Below, piece by piece: positions 1 through 10,276 of a stretch of DNA of 33,628 bases. Under the pieces are notes generated by a model. The model had not been told where the DNA came from, did not search any database, and saw nothing but the letters and a program-made list of their open reading frames with translations. Made by a program: the position numbers and the translations under genes. The stretch is from the IMG/VR virus record IMGVR_UViG_3300024191_000022, positions 1 through 33,628 of that record. The stretch is one strand, 5' to 3'. This DNA is from a virus. Lineage: Duplodnaviria > Caudoviricetes. Position 1 is the first letter of the stretch. Every line of letters starts with the position of its first letter.

Positions 1-2
1 GC

Positions 3-761
3 TTGCTTGTAGACCTAGCTAACTTATCTAACAAGCAAGCTAAGCTGATGGCTGATGTAGCATCTATGTCACAGCTAGATATGGCTAACTTAGATAATCG
101 TCAACAGGCTGCAGCACAGCAAGCCTCTGCATTCCTGCAAATGGATATGGCTAACTTAGATAATGAACAACAAACTGTAATGTTTGAGGCTCAGTCTCTT
201 GTGCAGAGCATCTTCTCAGATCAGTCTGCAGAGAATGCACAGCTACAGTTCAACGCTGAGAATATCAACCAAGTTAACCAGTTCTTTACTAGCATGTCTA
301 CACAAGTAGAACAGTTTAACGCTGCACAGGCTAACGCTATTGAGCAGTTCAATGCAGGTGAAGAGAACACAATGACTAAGTTCCAAGCAGAGCTTGGTAA
401 TCAGCGTGACATATTCAATGCACAGAATGAACTCGTTATAGCACAAGCTAACACAGTGTGGCGTCAGAGTGTAGCCACTGCCAATACTGCTGCACTTAAT
501 GAGTCTAACATGCAAGAAGTAATGGCTGCTAATAACTTGACTATGCGTGGTCTTAATGAGCTATGGCAGCAAGAGCGTGACTTAATGGACTGGGCATGGA
601 GAACGTCAGATAATGCTCTAGATAGATCCGCAAGTATAGCAGTAGCTGAAATTGCTAAAGAAGGTAAGTCTAGTAGCGGTAGCTCTTGGGGTGATATGCT
701 ATCCAAGTCAGCAGGTACTATCTTAGTTAAAGGTATATCCAACATTCTGGGCTTTGGATAA
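3..761 (+). CDS. Putative internal virion protein, 5' partial, Q/N/A-rich helical repeats
   Basis: Open from the window edge; 22-aa periodic D(M/L)ANL(D/S)NxQ repeats (21-bp DNA repeat at 78-98 and 144-164); lies in the structural arm. Confidence 0.65.
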   Translation: MLVDLANLSNKQAKLMADVASMSQLDMANLDNRQQAAAQQASAFLQMDMANLDNEQQTVMFEAQSLVQSIFSDQSAENAQLQFNAENINQVNQFFTSMSTQVEQFNAAQANAIEQFNAGEENTMTKFQAELGNQRDIFNAQNELVIAQANTVWRQSVATANTAALNESNMQEVMAANNLTMRGLNELWQQERDLMDWAWRTSDNALDRSASIAVAEIAKEGKSSSGSSWGDMLSKSAGTILVKGISNILGFG

Positions 762-826
762 GAATATGAAAGCTTGTGCTACTACTACTCATACTAACCC
801 TGATCAACTTTGAAGGTATAATAAAA

Positions 827-2104
827 ATGTCAGAGATAGAAAACATCCTACTTAGAGATCTCTATAAAGATTTACCTGAAGTACCTGTAGTAGAACGACA
901 GGGCTTAGGTGCTATGACAGGGCGTGGTACTGTAACTACACAGCAAGACACACAGCAGAGAGATATTAGTTCTGCACAGAGTAGTGTAGCTGAGTACATG
1001 AAGAAGATAATCCAGAAGCAAATACAGGATGGTGCATCTATTTCAGCAGCAGCACAAGACGTACCCTTTGATCCCGCCATAGATAACATGGAAACTCTCA
1101 GTGCTAGAGGTTACGACAGTGATGACGTACTTAGATCTAGTGTAGCTACAGGCGCTGTGTCAGCTACTAAGCAGAAGAACGTCAGGCGTGACGTGATGGA
1201 ACAAGCTGAGCGTATGATACAAGAGATGCAACAAGAGCGCACCCCTGTCAGGAAGCAAGCTATACAAGACTATCTTACAGGTGTTGACATTGAGAAAGCA
1301 CAAGGCAACCTAGAGGACTCTGTACTAGAAACTATATCGGGGATACTGGGTGTACCTGTGCCACCTAAGGATACAACTACAGAAGATGATAGCATAACTA
1401 TTGAAGATGCGCCTGATGCTGACGTTGTGTTGGATAAGCCTGTTGAGATTACTGAAGAAGGTCTGATGGCTGACCCTAGAGCTAAACGTCCTAAGGCTAG
1501 ACCAGAAGACTTAGAGCCCGTTGATGAGGAATCAGGTGTATCTAATACCCCTCTGATACCTAGTAATATTGATATGAGTTTTCTAGGAGAGAAAGAAGGT
1601 TTTAAACTAAATGCTTATGTACCTGAGGATAAAAAAGGAAAAGCCATTGATCAATCTGGTGTAACCGTTGGTACGGGCGTGGATTTAGGTAGTAAAAATG
1701 AAGAGTACTTTGAAGGGTTAGAGCCTTCTATACTCAACAAATTAAAGCCGCATTTTGGTAAGAAAAAAGAAGCTGCACAGAAATCATTAAAAGAGAACTC
1801 TTTTTCCCTTACTGAGGAAGAGGCGCTAACTCTTGATAATTTTGTTAAAGCTAAAGAGTTTAATATGTTAAAGGATCGCTGGAATAAAGATTCAGAAATA
1901 GAGTGGGATGATTTACCTTCTAATCAAGCTACAGCAATAGCTTCTGTGTACTACCAGCACGGAAATCAAACCTTTGGATATAACTTTTGGGATCAAACAA
2001 CTTCAGGGGACTGGGAATCAGCTTACGATAATTTAATGACATGGGGTGGCTCTACTCCTAGCAGAAGACGTGATGAAGCTAACCTTCTGATGGCATCTAA
2101 TTAA
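827..2104 (+). CDS. Virion-associated protein with C-terminal pesticin/T4-lysozyme-like muramidase domain
   Basis: C-terminal FLGEKEG...AYVP...SGVTVGTGVDLG...TAIASVYYQHG...RRRDEA motifs typical of the pesticin C-terminal domain; ATG at 827 after GAAGG. Confidence 0.75.
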   Translation: MSEIENILLRDLYKDLPEVPVVERQGLGAMTGRGTVTTQQDTQQRDISSAQSSVAEYMKKIIQKQIQDGASISAAAQDVPFDPAIDNMETLSARGYDSDDVLRSSVATGAVSATKQKNVRRDVMEQAERMIQEMQQERTPVRKQAIQDYLTGVDIEKAQGNLEDSVLETISGILGVPVPPKDTTTEDDSITIEDAPDADVVLDKPVEITEEGLMADPRAKRPKARPEDLEPVDEESGVSNTPLIPSNIDMSFLGEKEGFKLNAYVPEDKKGKAIDQSGVTVGTGVDLGSKNEEYFEGLEPSILNKLKPHFGKKKEAAQKSLKENSFSLTEEEALTLDNFVKAKEFNMLKDRWNKDSEIEWDDLPSNQATAIASVYYQHGNQTFGYNFWDQTTSGDWESAYDNLMTWGGSTPSRRRDEANLLMASN

Positions 2105-2547
2105 TGTTTGGCTTACCCTTAGAACTCATAACGATGCTCTTCTCTACGGTGCTAGGTGGAGTCATGTCTGTCATTGGGCAGAACCAGAAGAACAAGATAG
2201 AGCAACAGAAGATGATGCTCCAGACTGCAAGCTTCAGGGCAGACCAAGTTAACGAAGCTAGGAATGCTGGCAAGACTGACAAGCACTTCGCATGGACACG
2301 TAGACTTATAGCATTATCTGCAGTATTTAGCATTATTGTCTTGCCAAAGCTAGTAGCAGTGTGGTATCCTGAGGTTGGCGTTATCGTAGGTTACACTGAA
2401 GCTACAGGTGGTTTCTGGAACTGGCTATTTGGTCCAGCAGAAACAGTGCAGTGGCGTACAGCGCAGGGCTTTGTAATCACACCATTAGATACGCACATAG
2501 TATCAGCAATCATAGGTCTGTACTTCGGTGCAGGTTTCACTAAGTAG
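2104..2547 (+). CDS. Membrane protein (2-3 TM), possible holin
   Basis: Hydrophobic N-terminus, RRLIALSAVFSIIVLPKLVAVW and C-terminal IVSAIIGLYFG; translationally coupled (TAATG) to the muramidase gene. Confidence 0.55.
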   Translation: MFGLPLELITMLFSTVLGGVMSVIGQNQKNKIEQQKMMLQTASFRADQVNEARNAGKTDKHFAWTRRLIALSAVFSIIVLPKLVAVWYPEVGVIVGYTEATGGFWNWLFGPAETVQWRTAQGFVITPLDTHIVSAIIGLYFGAGFTK

Positions 2548-2557
2548 GATAAACACA

Positions 2558-3148
2558 ATGGCAATATCTATTCTTGCAGCACCTATTGCAGGTCAGTCTC
2601 TAACGACACAACCTAAGAATAACCCGTGGGAGAACCCCCCACAGTTAGATACAGTAGAAGAGACATTGATGTTTTACACTAAGCATCTATCTAAGCCTGA
2701 CGTAGTAGATGATCTGATGGTTATGCTTGAGGTAGGCTTCCCTGTTAAACCCTTAGCTAGAACTATTAGAACTACAGGCGTTATGAAGGGTACGCATACA
2801 TTAGATGTAGGGCTTCTAGTTGAACCTGCCTTAGTTAAATTCATTACAGCTACAGCAGACTCACTAGGTGTACCCTATGAGATGGGTGGTCCTAACACAG
2901 ATGAACAGAAAGCACAGCGAGAGAAAGATAAGATCTCTATGTTGCTTACCGCTGCGCTGTCTCGTGCAGATAGGACTGCTGAAGAGGATGAGGGTGTAGC
3001 TCTGATGCAAGAGATCTCAGATAACTTAGATGTACTAGACGAAGAACAGGAAGAGATGGCTGCAGAGCCTGAGATGGAAGCTGCACCTGAAATGGAAGAG
3101 CAACCTGCTGCACCTGAGGGTGCTGGCTTAATGGCAAGAGGACAGTAA
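2558..3148 (+). CDS. Hypothetical virion-associated protein with acidic tail
   Basis: ATG at 2558 with AGGA upstream; PWENPP motif; C-terminal GLMARGQ. Confidence 0.7.
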   Translation: MAISILAAPIAGQSLTTQPKNNPWENPPQLDTVEETLMFYTKHLSKPDVVDDLMVMLEVGFPVKPLARTIRTTGVMKGTHTLDVGLLVEPALVKFITATADSLGVPYEMGGPNTDEQKAQREKDKISMLLTAALSRADRTAEEDEGVALMQEISDNLDVLDEEQEEMAAEPEMEAAPEMEEQPAAPEGAGLMARGQ

Positions 3149-3149
3149 C

Positions 3150-4985
3150 ATGGGTTTGTTTGATAATTTGTTTGACGGATTTAACCCACAGGCTTTTGCT
3201 GCAGGTGCGCTGGGCGAAGTAGAAGAGGGTATGACTCGCCGTGAGGAAGAGGCACGTAAGTACGAAGAAGAGCAGCGAGAGTTAGCTAAACAGAGTCGTG
3301 CTGAGATACAGCGCCGTAGAAGCGTAGTAGGTTCTCTTGTTAGCGAGGCCCGTAGACTAGAATCACTGGGCGTTACTAAAGCACAGATACAGGCTGCACA
3401 CTCCTCTGGACCTAATGGTTTAATGGAGCTATCTAAACAAGTACAGGCTGAAGTAAAACGGCGTGGTGGTAAGGCTCGCCTTAGTGAGTATGACATCTCA
3501 GCTATGATAGATGGCTCAGCTATTGATCCTAAGTTTGCAGAGATGGACTACGAAGAGTTTATCTCACGTAGTGCTGGCCTGTTAGACACCACAGTAGGTG
3601 ATCTAAAAGCACCAGAGAGAAGTCTAGCACAGAGATTTCTTGGTTCGGGTGCTAAGGATGTAGTACGTGCTAAGCTTGATGCAGAGAAGACAGTGGGTGG
3701 TATGTCTGTCTACGACATCAATGAGTTAGCTAGAAGTCAAGCCTACCAGAGTGCTATTCCAGGTGCATACGCTACGTTCACACCGAGTGAGTTCTACGAT
3801 CAAGAGGCTGCACTTAAGAGTTGGTCACTTGCACAGAGACGTATTGACACAGCCCTAAAGTCAGATCCGATACATTTAGATTTGGTCGGAGATAACAAAA
3901 TGGAAGAAGCGCTAGAATATAGACGTAAGAAGTATGCTGCTTTTGCACAGGCCCAGTTTAACAAGTACGGTAAAGACGCTATTAATGATCCTGTAGTAAA
4001 CTGGAAAGATATCTTAGGCGAAGAGATGTACACTGAACTTGCCATAGCCAATGAAGCAGATGAGGGTATTATATCTGCAATAGATGCAGGTGCTTCTGAG
4101 ATAATAGGTAATAGCACTACTAGATCTTTTGCTGGTGGTAGCTATACACTATCAACAGGGTTAGGTGATACTGTAGCAAGGATTAAGCTAGTAGGTGAGA
4201 AGGGTGAGAAAACTATAGATGACCCACAGCAGATCTCTGAGTTCTTAGATACCCTAGTTGCTAGAGGTGAGATGACACAACAGGCTGCTAATAAGTTGAA
4301 GCCTATAACTGTAGAAGGCTTAGGTATGGCGGGTGAGATAGACATCAGCGCTATAACAGAGGCTGCACTGGGTGCTGCAGAGGAAGAAGAAGAGATGGCT
4401 GCAGAGGCTGAGATGGAGGTTGGACCTGCTATCACAGAAGCACCTGATGTAGAAAGTATATCGGCACCTACTGCTGAAGAATTTAAAGTAAATGGTGTTA
4501 CCTTTGAAGAGTGGCAAGGTATGTCACGTAAAGAGCGTAAAGATGCTGGCCTACCTGAGGGAGAAGTAGCTGGACAAATAAAGTTCAAGCGCTTCCAGAA
4601 AGGCTTAGGCGTTAACATAGCCAGTGACCAGTCTGCTGCATCCTTTGAAGATATGGGTAAAGCACAGATGGGTATTAGTGGCATAGATGTAGACACTGTT
4701 GTAACCATTGGTGGTGAAGAGTACAAGGTACAGGAAGCATTAGGTGATAAGTACTTTGAGAAAGTAGATGGTGGTATACCTCAAGCTAAGTCTAAAGAGA
4801 TAACTGATCAGGCAACCAAGACTTTCTTAGAAACACTGAAGAACATAGAGTACTCTACTAACCCAGACAGAGATGTTGATGCAGCCTTTGCTCAGTTTAT
4901 CTTTGACAATGACTTACCTGATGAAACTATAAAGTATATTGAAGATAGACTAGATCAAGTAAAAGCAGCATTAGCGGATAAATAA
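3150..4985 (+). CDS. Putative internal virion (ejection) protein
   Basis: 611-aa ORF, coiled-coil N-terminus, tightly packed in the structural operon. Confidence 0.6.
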   Translation: MGLFDNLFDGFNPQAFAAGALGEVEEGMTRREEEARKYEEEQRELAKQSRAEIQRRRSVVGSLVSEARRLESLGVTKAQIQAAHSSGPNGLMELSKQVQAEVKRRGGKARLSEYDISAMIDGSAIDPKFAEMDYEEFISRSAGLLDTTVGDLKAPERSLAQRFLGSGAKDVVRAKLDAEKTVGGMSVYDINELARSQAYQSAIPGAYATFTPSEFYDQEAALKSWSLAQRRIDTALKSDPIHLDLVGDNKMEEALEYRRKKYAAFAQAQFNKYGKDAINDPVVNWKDILGEEMYTELAIANEADEGIISAIDAGASEIIGNSTTRSFAGGSYTLSTGLGDTVARIKLVGEKGEKTIDDPQQISEFLDTLVARGEMTQQAANKLKPITVEGLGMAGEIDISAITEAALGAAEEEEEMAAEAEMEVGPAITEAPDVESISAPTAEEFKVNGVTFEEWQGMSRKERKDAGLPEGEVAGQIKFKRFQKGLGVNIASDQSAASFEDMGKAQMGISGIDVDTVVTIGGEEYKVQEALGDKYFEKVDGGIPQAKSKEITDQATKTFLETLKNIEYSTNPDRDVDAAFAQFIFDNDLPDETIKYIEDRLDQVKAALADK

Positions 4986-4986
4986 T

Positions 4987-7900
4987 ATGGCTCAGACTTT
5001 AGAAGATATCTTTAAAGAAGTATACGGTACAGATAAACTACCTGCGCTTGACTCTGAGTTAGAGAGTAGCGCTGATGAAGTAGATCCTCGTGAACTAGAA
5101 CCAACAAGCGTACAGTCTCTGTTCGATCTTATGGAAGGCAAGGACATAGAGAAAGAGGCTGTGACTGCATACGAAGGTAATGTAGATCCTGGTGAGAAGC
5201 TAAAGCAAGCAGACCTATTACAGCCACAGAACCTTAACACCATTCGTGAGTACATGATAGCTAAGAAGGGTGTAGACTACGAAGACATGGATGCAGACAA
5301 TGTAGTTGATGACTTTGTAGAGGACATGCGCTGGTTTAATACAAACACTATCTCTACTGCTGGCGAAGTAGTCTTTATGAATAGGGCCAACGAGCGCCAG
5401 AAGCAGGTCGCTGGTGAGGCTTACAAGCTTTACGATAGGCTGGGTAGCTTCTGGACTAATGATGGCCTGTACGGTAAGGCAGAGGGCATCTACGACTACG
5501 TTACTGCTGCTGCTGCAGACCCGTCTAACTACATTGGTTTGATTACTGGTGGCTTAGCTAAGGCTGGTACTGTCACTATCGCACAGGGTGGTAAGCTTGC
5601 CATCAAGAAGGCTGCAGAGGAAGCTGCACAGAGAGCCGCTAAGAGTGGGGCTACTAAGCAAGCTGCACAGAAGGCAGGTACTGAAGCCGCTGAAGCTACA
5701 GCTAAGAAGCTTGAGAAGATGGAAGTCAGTAACGCTGCAGCTAAGAAAGCTAAAGAAGTTGCAGTAGAGAACGCTAAGAAGTTAGTCGTAGCTAAACAGC
5801 AACAGGCTGCAGCTAAACTGGTTACTGCAGAGGCAGCTAAGAAGGGTAATCGTAATGCTCTGATAGCTACGGCTGTTACGGATGGAGCTATAGCTTACTT
5901 TCAAGACGGTGCTATCCAAGACATATACATTGAAGCTAACTACCAAGACAAGTTCAACCGTATGCAGTCCCTGATGACTACAGCTATGGGTGGCTTGGTT
6001 GGTCCTGCAGCGCAGTTTGGTTTTGGTAAACTAAAAGGTAAGTCAGGCTTTGAGGCGGGTGTAGAAACGCTGGACATAGCTAAACGTACTGGTCCTCTGG
6101 AAGACTTACTGCCTAGACTAAGTAAGAAGAACCAAGAGAGAGCTAAGAAAGCTGTACGTCAGGCATATGATTCGTGGAATAAAAAGGTAGCTCGTGGTGA
6201 GGCTAAGATCTCTGACAAGATTATGCCTGAGACTGTGTTCGCTGAGATCATTAATGGTGTTGACGGTAAGGGTGGCTTGACTCAGATAGCCATTGATGCT
6301 GGCATTAAGGTACGGAAGAAAGGCTCTACTGTATCTGACATCTTAACTAACATGGTTAAGTTCATGCCAGAAGAGGACTTCATTGAGATCTCTAAGATGA
6401 TTGAAGAGTCAACTATGGTTCCTCTTGGAGAGCACATAAACAACCCACTAGAACTGGGTGACATCCTAGCTAAGTCTATCAACGGGCTAGGCTCTTCGAT
6501 GTCTGTACTAGCTCACTCTAGAAACAGAATTAACAAAGCTACAGTAGCTGGCAATGACATACTCAATGCAGCAGTAGATGAGATTGACGCTAAGAAAGCA
6601 GAAGAAGTTACCATGCAGCGTTTAGGTTATGCACAGAATGTATGGAAGCGTTTGCTTGTATCGTCACCAGCTACAACTGCAGCTAACGTTGCTGGCTTTG
6701 GATCGTTTGCACTAGGACAGGCAGCGTCTGACTTGATGAGCTTTGGTATGGTAGGGGCTAAGGCTGTACTAACTAATAACGCAGACCTGTACAGACAAGC
6801 TAAGGTGTATAAACGTATTCAGGGTCAGAAGATGAAGAACTTTGTAGACCCTCTAACTACATATGATGCGTATATGAAATTACTAGATGCTAAGCCTGAC
6901 GTACAGAAGGTTCTATTTGAAACAGTAGGCGCTGGGGTTGAGCGTACAGCAGACCGCTTTGGCATTAACCCTAAGAGTAAGTTAGTCTTTGGTAAGTATG
7001 GTGTAGAGAAAGTTGTTGGTGCAGCTAACGATCTAACAGGTGTACGTATTCAGGATAGCTTTACTAAGTCACAGATGTTTATGTCTGAGCTAGATAAGTA
7101 CCTAGACTTGAAGCACAAGAAGACACTAGCTCAAGTGCTGGAAGAGGGTAGCTTAGAACTTATTGATGAAGAGGTCACAGGCTTAGCGTTAGATACAACT
7201 ATGAAGTCTGTGTTCGCTAAGGACTACACTACTAAGGATCAAGCCAGAGGTGTACGTGACATGGCTAAGTTAGTAGAGACATTCTCTGCTATTCCCGGCT
7301 TAGGTACAATACTTCCGTTTGGCAGATTTATGAACAACGTTGTTGCGTCAGCCTATCAGTGGGGTCCATTAGCGTTTGCTGGTCCTGCTAGTAACATCTT
7401 CAGTAAGCAGAAAAGCTTAGGTAAGACTATGAAAGATAGAGAAGCATTTGGACGTGCTGCAGTAGGTACATCTGCACTGCTGTACGCTACACAAATATCT
7501 GAGTCACAGGAAGAGCAGGGCTTAGGTACATATCAGCTTAGGAATGGTAGTACTATTGTTGACGTAGAGAATGTTTACCCTCTGTCGTACTTACTGGCTG
7601 CAGGTAAAGTACTTAGGTCTTCACTGAAGGGTGAACCTATTACACCTGAGATGCGAGAAGATCTAGGTAAGCAGTTAGCTGTAGGTCAGGTGGCTAAGGA
7701 TGCACAGTTTGGTACAGACTTAGGTGCTACACTAGACTACTTCATGCCTATCGGTGGTGCTGAAATGGGCGGTGAAAGAACTAACATGTTCAGAGATCTG
7801 TACAACAGCTTCACTGATCCTGGAAAAGAATACGTTGATGGAGAGCAACCCGGTGTATTCAAACGTGCATATGAAATGGGTGAGGGTGCAGCAGAAGCTG

Positions 7901-8643
7901 TAGGTAAACCTCTAGGTAACATTGTAGCTGGTGTGTTTAGACCGCTAGACCCTATCAATAAGCTGACTGGGTTTATGTTTGATGTTGATACTATCAAAGA
8001 CCCACGTCAAGCTAGAGGCTACGCTAAGTTTAACCAGTCAGCTACACGTTACTTCGATAACATACTTGAGGCTATTGGTGGTGAGACAGAGAACATCACA
8101 GGTGAGAGCCTACGTGTGGCGTCACGAGAGGGTGAGATCTACGATCCTAATCCGTTAGCTAGAATATTTGGCTTGAAGATTGTATCGGGCAGAACAGCTA
8201 CAGAGAAGATGTACTCACTGTCTGGCATTAAGTCGTGGACTAAAGACCAGCGCTCTAACATACCAGCATACGATAGGATCTTCAATGAGACTATGGCTCC
8301 TATTCTAGAGCGCCGTATGGGGCTACTGCTTAACAATCCAAAGTTTAAGAAGCTTAACATCACAGACAAGCGTAGTCGTATCAATAAAGAAGTACAAACT
8401 ATTCGCTCAATGGTTCGTGATACTGTAGAGATTACATCAACAGGTCAGGACTACCTGCAGGTGCTGCGTAAGAAAGCACTGAGTAATGGTACGTCTGAGC
8501 AGCGAGCACAAGCTATGCGTCAGATGCGTGAGGATGGCATCAAAGCTAACATAAAAGATTTTAACTGGGATGAGCTAAGGATCTTCAACGCTAAGATAGA
8601 TCTACAGAAACTCAGGGCACAACCATACTCAGCCATAGAGTAA
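4987..8643 (+). CDS. Large internal virion (ejection) protein
   Basis: 1218-aa Ala/Lys/Gly-rich helical ORF, last gene of the structural arm as in podoviruses. Confidence 0.65.
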   Translation: MAQTLEDIFKEVYGTDKLPALDSELESSADEVDPRELEPTSVQSLFDLMEGKDIEKEAVTAYEGNVDPGEKLKQADLLQPQNLNTIREYMIAKKGVDYEDMDADNVVDDFVEDMRWFNTNTISTAGEVVFMNRANERQKQVAGEAYKLYDRLGSFWTNDGLYGKAEGIYDYVTAAAADPSNYIGLITGGLAKAGTVTIAQGGKLAIKKAAEEAAQRAAKSGATKQAAQKAGTEAAEATAKKLEKMEVSNAAAKKAKEVAVENAKKLVVAKQQQAAAKLVTAEAAKKGNRNALIATAVTDGAIAYFQDGAIQDIYIEANYQDKFNRMQSLMTTAMGGLVGPAAQFGFGKLKGKSGFEAGVETLDIAKRTGPLEDLLPRLSKKNQERAKKAVRQAYDSWNKKVARGEAKISDKIMPETVFAEIINGVDGKGGLTQIAIDAGIKVRKKGSTVSDILTNMVKFMPEEDFIEISKMIEESTMVPLGEHINNPLELGDILAKSINGLGSSMSVLAHSRNRINKATVAGNDILNAAVDEIDAKKAEEVTMQRLGYAQNVWKRLLVSSPATTAANVAGFGSFALGQAASDLMSFGMVGAKAVLTNNADLYRQAKVYKRIQGQKMKNFVDPLTTYDAYMKLLDAKPDVQKVLFETVGAGVERTADRFGINPKSKLVFGKYGVEKVVGAANDLTGVRIQDSFTKSQMFMSELDKYLDLKHKKTLAQVLEEGSLELIDEEVTGLALDTTMKSVFAKDYTTKDQARGVRDMAKLVETFSAIPGLGTILPFGRFMNNVVASAYQWGPLAFAGPASNIFSKQKSLGKTMKDREAFGRAAVGTSALLYATQISESQEEQGLGTYQLRNGSTIVDVENVYPLSYLLAAGKVLRSSLKGEPITPEMREDLGKQLAVGQVAKDAQFGTDLGATLDYFMPIGGAEMGGERTNMFRDLYNSFTDPGKEYVDGEQPGVFKRAYEMGEGAAEAVGKPLGNIVAGVFRPLDPINKLTGFMFDVDTIKDPRQARGYAKFNQSATRYFDNILEAIGGETENITGESLRVASREGEIYDPNPLARIFGLKIVSGRTATEKMYSLSGIKSWTKDQRSNIPAYDRIFNETMAPILERRMGLLLNNPKFKKLNITDKRSRINKEVQTIRSMVRDTVEITSTGQDYLQVLRKKALSNGTSEQRAQAMRQMREDGIKANIKDFNWDELRIFNAKIDLQKLRAQPYSAIE

Positions 8644-8675
8644 AAGAAGAGGGAGCAACTAAGCTCCCTTTTTTT
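8643..8675. terminator. Bidirectional rho-independent terminator
   Basis: AGGGAGC (8650-56) / GCTCCCT (8663-69) stem, T-run to 8675 and A-rich 5' flank, between convergent arms. Confidence 0.85.
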
Positions 8676-8883
8676 ATTTCAATCCATATTGTTCTGCAGC
8701 AAACCTAGCTATCAGTGTTACATCGTCTAGCCTTTCCTTTGCTCTATCCTTATGGCGAGACTCATACAAGTTAGCGTCTATGTGTTTATGCGCTGGTATA
8801 AGTAGCGTGACTAATTGATCGTAGAACTTTTCTTGTTTAGCTTTTGTGAGCCTTAAGGCTTCTTGTTCCAAGCTGTTATTCAT
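8674..8883 (-). CDS. Hypothetical protein
   Basis: ATG at 8883 overlapping the phoH stop; ends at the terminator. Confidence 0.7.
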   Translation of the reverse strand: MNNSLEQEALRLTKAKQEKFYDQLVTLLIPAHKHIDANLYESRHKDRAKERLDDVTLIARFAAEQYGLK

Positions 8884-9587
8884 AAGTTTTCCTTCATAAA
8901 GACTTTGACCCACTCAGCACAGATGTCACTACGTATAATGTCATCCACACCAAACTCAATGATAGGCACGGGCAGCATGTACTTCTTAGCTAGATGTATC
9001 ACTTTAGATAAACCGTCTGCTTCTTTTAAGTCTGACTGCTGTACGTCACCATTGAGAACTATTGTACTGTTTTCACCTACTCTTGTCAACAGCATCTTTA
9101 ACTCATGGGTTGTAATGTTCTGTGTCTCATCAACTATAATAAAGCTATCATCAAAGCTACGCCCACGCATCAACGCTAGTGGGGCCATCTCTATGTTACC
9201 ATTCTTTATAGCTGTGTCTACACTGCCCTTACCTAAGTGTTTCTCTAACACGTCAAGCACAGGCAAAGCCCACGGGTAAGTCTTCTCTTCTAAGCTACCG
9301 GGTAGATAGCCTAAGTCTTTACCTACAGCTACATGTGGTCTAGTGATAACTATCTTGTCGATCTTCTTTAAGATGTACAAGTCAGCAGCGTAGGTAGCTG
9401 TAACGTATGTCTTACCTGTACCCGCTGGACCTAGCACAAAGACTTGTGAGTGTTCCTTCAGGGCATCTAGGAACAACTTCTGTGTGTTTGTTCTAGGTAC
9501 TAGCCCTGAAGTATTCTTTTGTTCGGCGTTCTTATAGTTTGTCTTTCGACGGGTGCGCCGTTGCTTAACTGGTATTACATTATCCAT
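8880..9587 (-). CDS. phoH: PhoH-like ATPase
   Basis: GPAGTGKT Walker A, LGYLPG, MRGRSF, IVDETQN, GDVQQSD. Confidence 0.95.
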   Translation of the reverse strand: MDNVIPVKQRRTRRKTNYKNAEQKNTSGLVPRTNTQKLFLDALKEHSQVFVLGPAGTGKTYVTATYAADLYILKKIDKIVITRPHVAVGKDLGYLPGSLEEKTYPWALPVLDVLEKHLGKGSVDTAIKNGNIEMAPLALMRGRSFDDSFIIVDETQNITTHELKMLLTRVGENSTIVLNGDVQQSDLKEADGLSKVIHLAKKYMLPVPIIEFGVDDIIRSDICAEWVKVFMKENL

Positions 9588-9966
9588 AGTGTTTCTTTAA
9601 GTACTCCACTGCATTGTTTAACCCTTCAACTGTGTCACCTAAATGTCCTATCCCTACGTTACATCCATTACAGATCCACCCTCTAAACTTTAAAGTCTTG
9701 TGACAGTGATCTAATATTAGAGCATCTTCCGCACCACAACAGTCACATCTATCTGGCATAGGAGAAGCCACAGCTTTTAACATATCTCTGGTTTGTCTCT
9801 GTGTCTCCTTGCAACCCTTACAGACTTTAGAGTATGATGGTATGTTATCTTTTTTATAACACTGTATGTGAAAGCCTACTATAGGTTTAACTTCTTTGCA
9901 GACTTTACATTGTTTAGTTTCTTCTGTATCATCATAAGGTAGGGATGAGAACATTTGTAATTGCAT
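9580..9966 (-). CDS. Endonuclease VII-like (His-Me finger) nuclease, possible homing endonuclease
   Basis: CDCC...LDHCHKT...RGWICNGCNVGIG motif plus N-terminal CKVC/CKGC zinc finger. Confidence 0.85.
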   Translation of the reverse strand: MQLQMFSSLPYDDTEETKQCKVCKEVKPIVGFHIQCYKKDNIPSYSKVCKGCKETQRQTRDMLKAVASPMPDRCDCCGAEDALILDHCHKTLKFRGWICNGCNVGIGHLGDTVEGLNNAVEYLKKHYG

Positions 9967-10154
9967 TATGCACTTTCTGGTACTTGGAAACAGTATGTGT
10001 TAGCTGATGATTCTGGAGTAGGTCTAGTACTCATAAGACGCTCTTCCATTTCGGTAGCTAGTTGATTACAGGACTTAACATCCATAAACAAACCATCAAA
10101 AGATTGAACCTTAATCTTACCTTCAAACATCATTATGAGTACTAGAACATACAT
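9966..10154 (-). CDS. Small hypothetical protein
   Basis: 62 aa, hydrophobic N-terminus, two Cys, coupled to neighbours. Confidence 0.65.
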   Translation of the reverse strand: MYVLVLIMMFEGKIKVQSFDGLFMDVKSCNQLATEMEERLMSTRPTPESSANTYCFQVPESA

Positions 10155-10155
10155 C

Positions 10156-10275
10156 TTAGAACCAGCCTCTTACTTGATCAACCAGCGCTGGGCCATGCTC
10201 AGATGCAAGGCTGATAACCTCACCAATGGCTACCATACCAATAGTTGCTACTGCCATAAATTCAATACCTGTCAT
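10156..10275 (-). CDS. 39-aa small membrane peptide (not in ORF track)
   Basis: MTGIEFMAVATIGMVAIGEVISLASEHGPALVDQVRGWF; AGGAGA RBS; exactly fills the gap. Confidence 0.65.
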   Translation of the reverse strand: MTGIEFMAVATIGMVAIGEVISLASEHGPALVDQVRGWF

Positions 10276-10276
10276 G

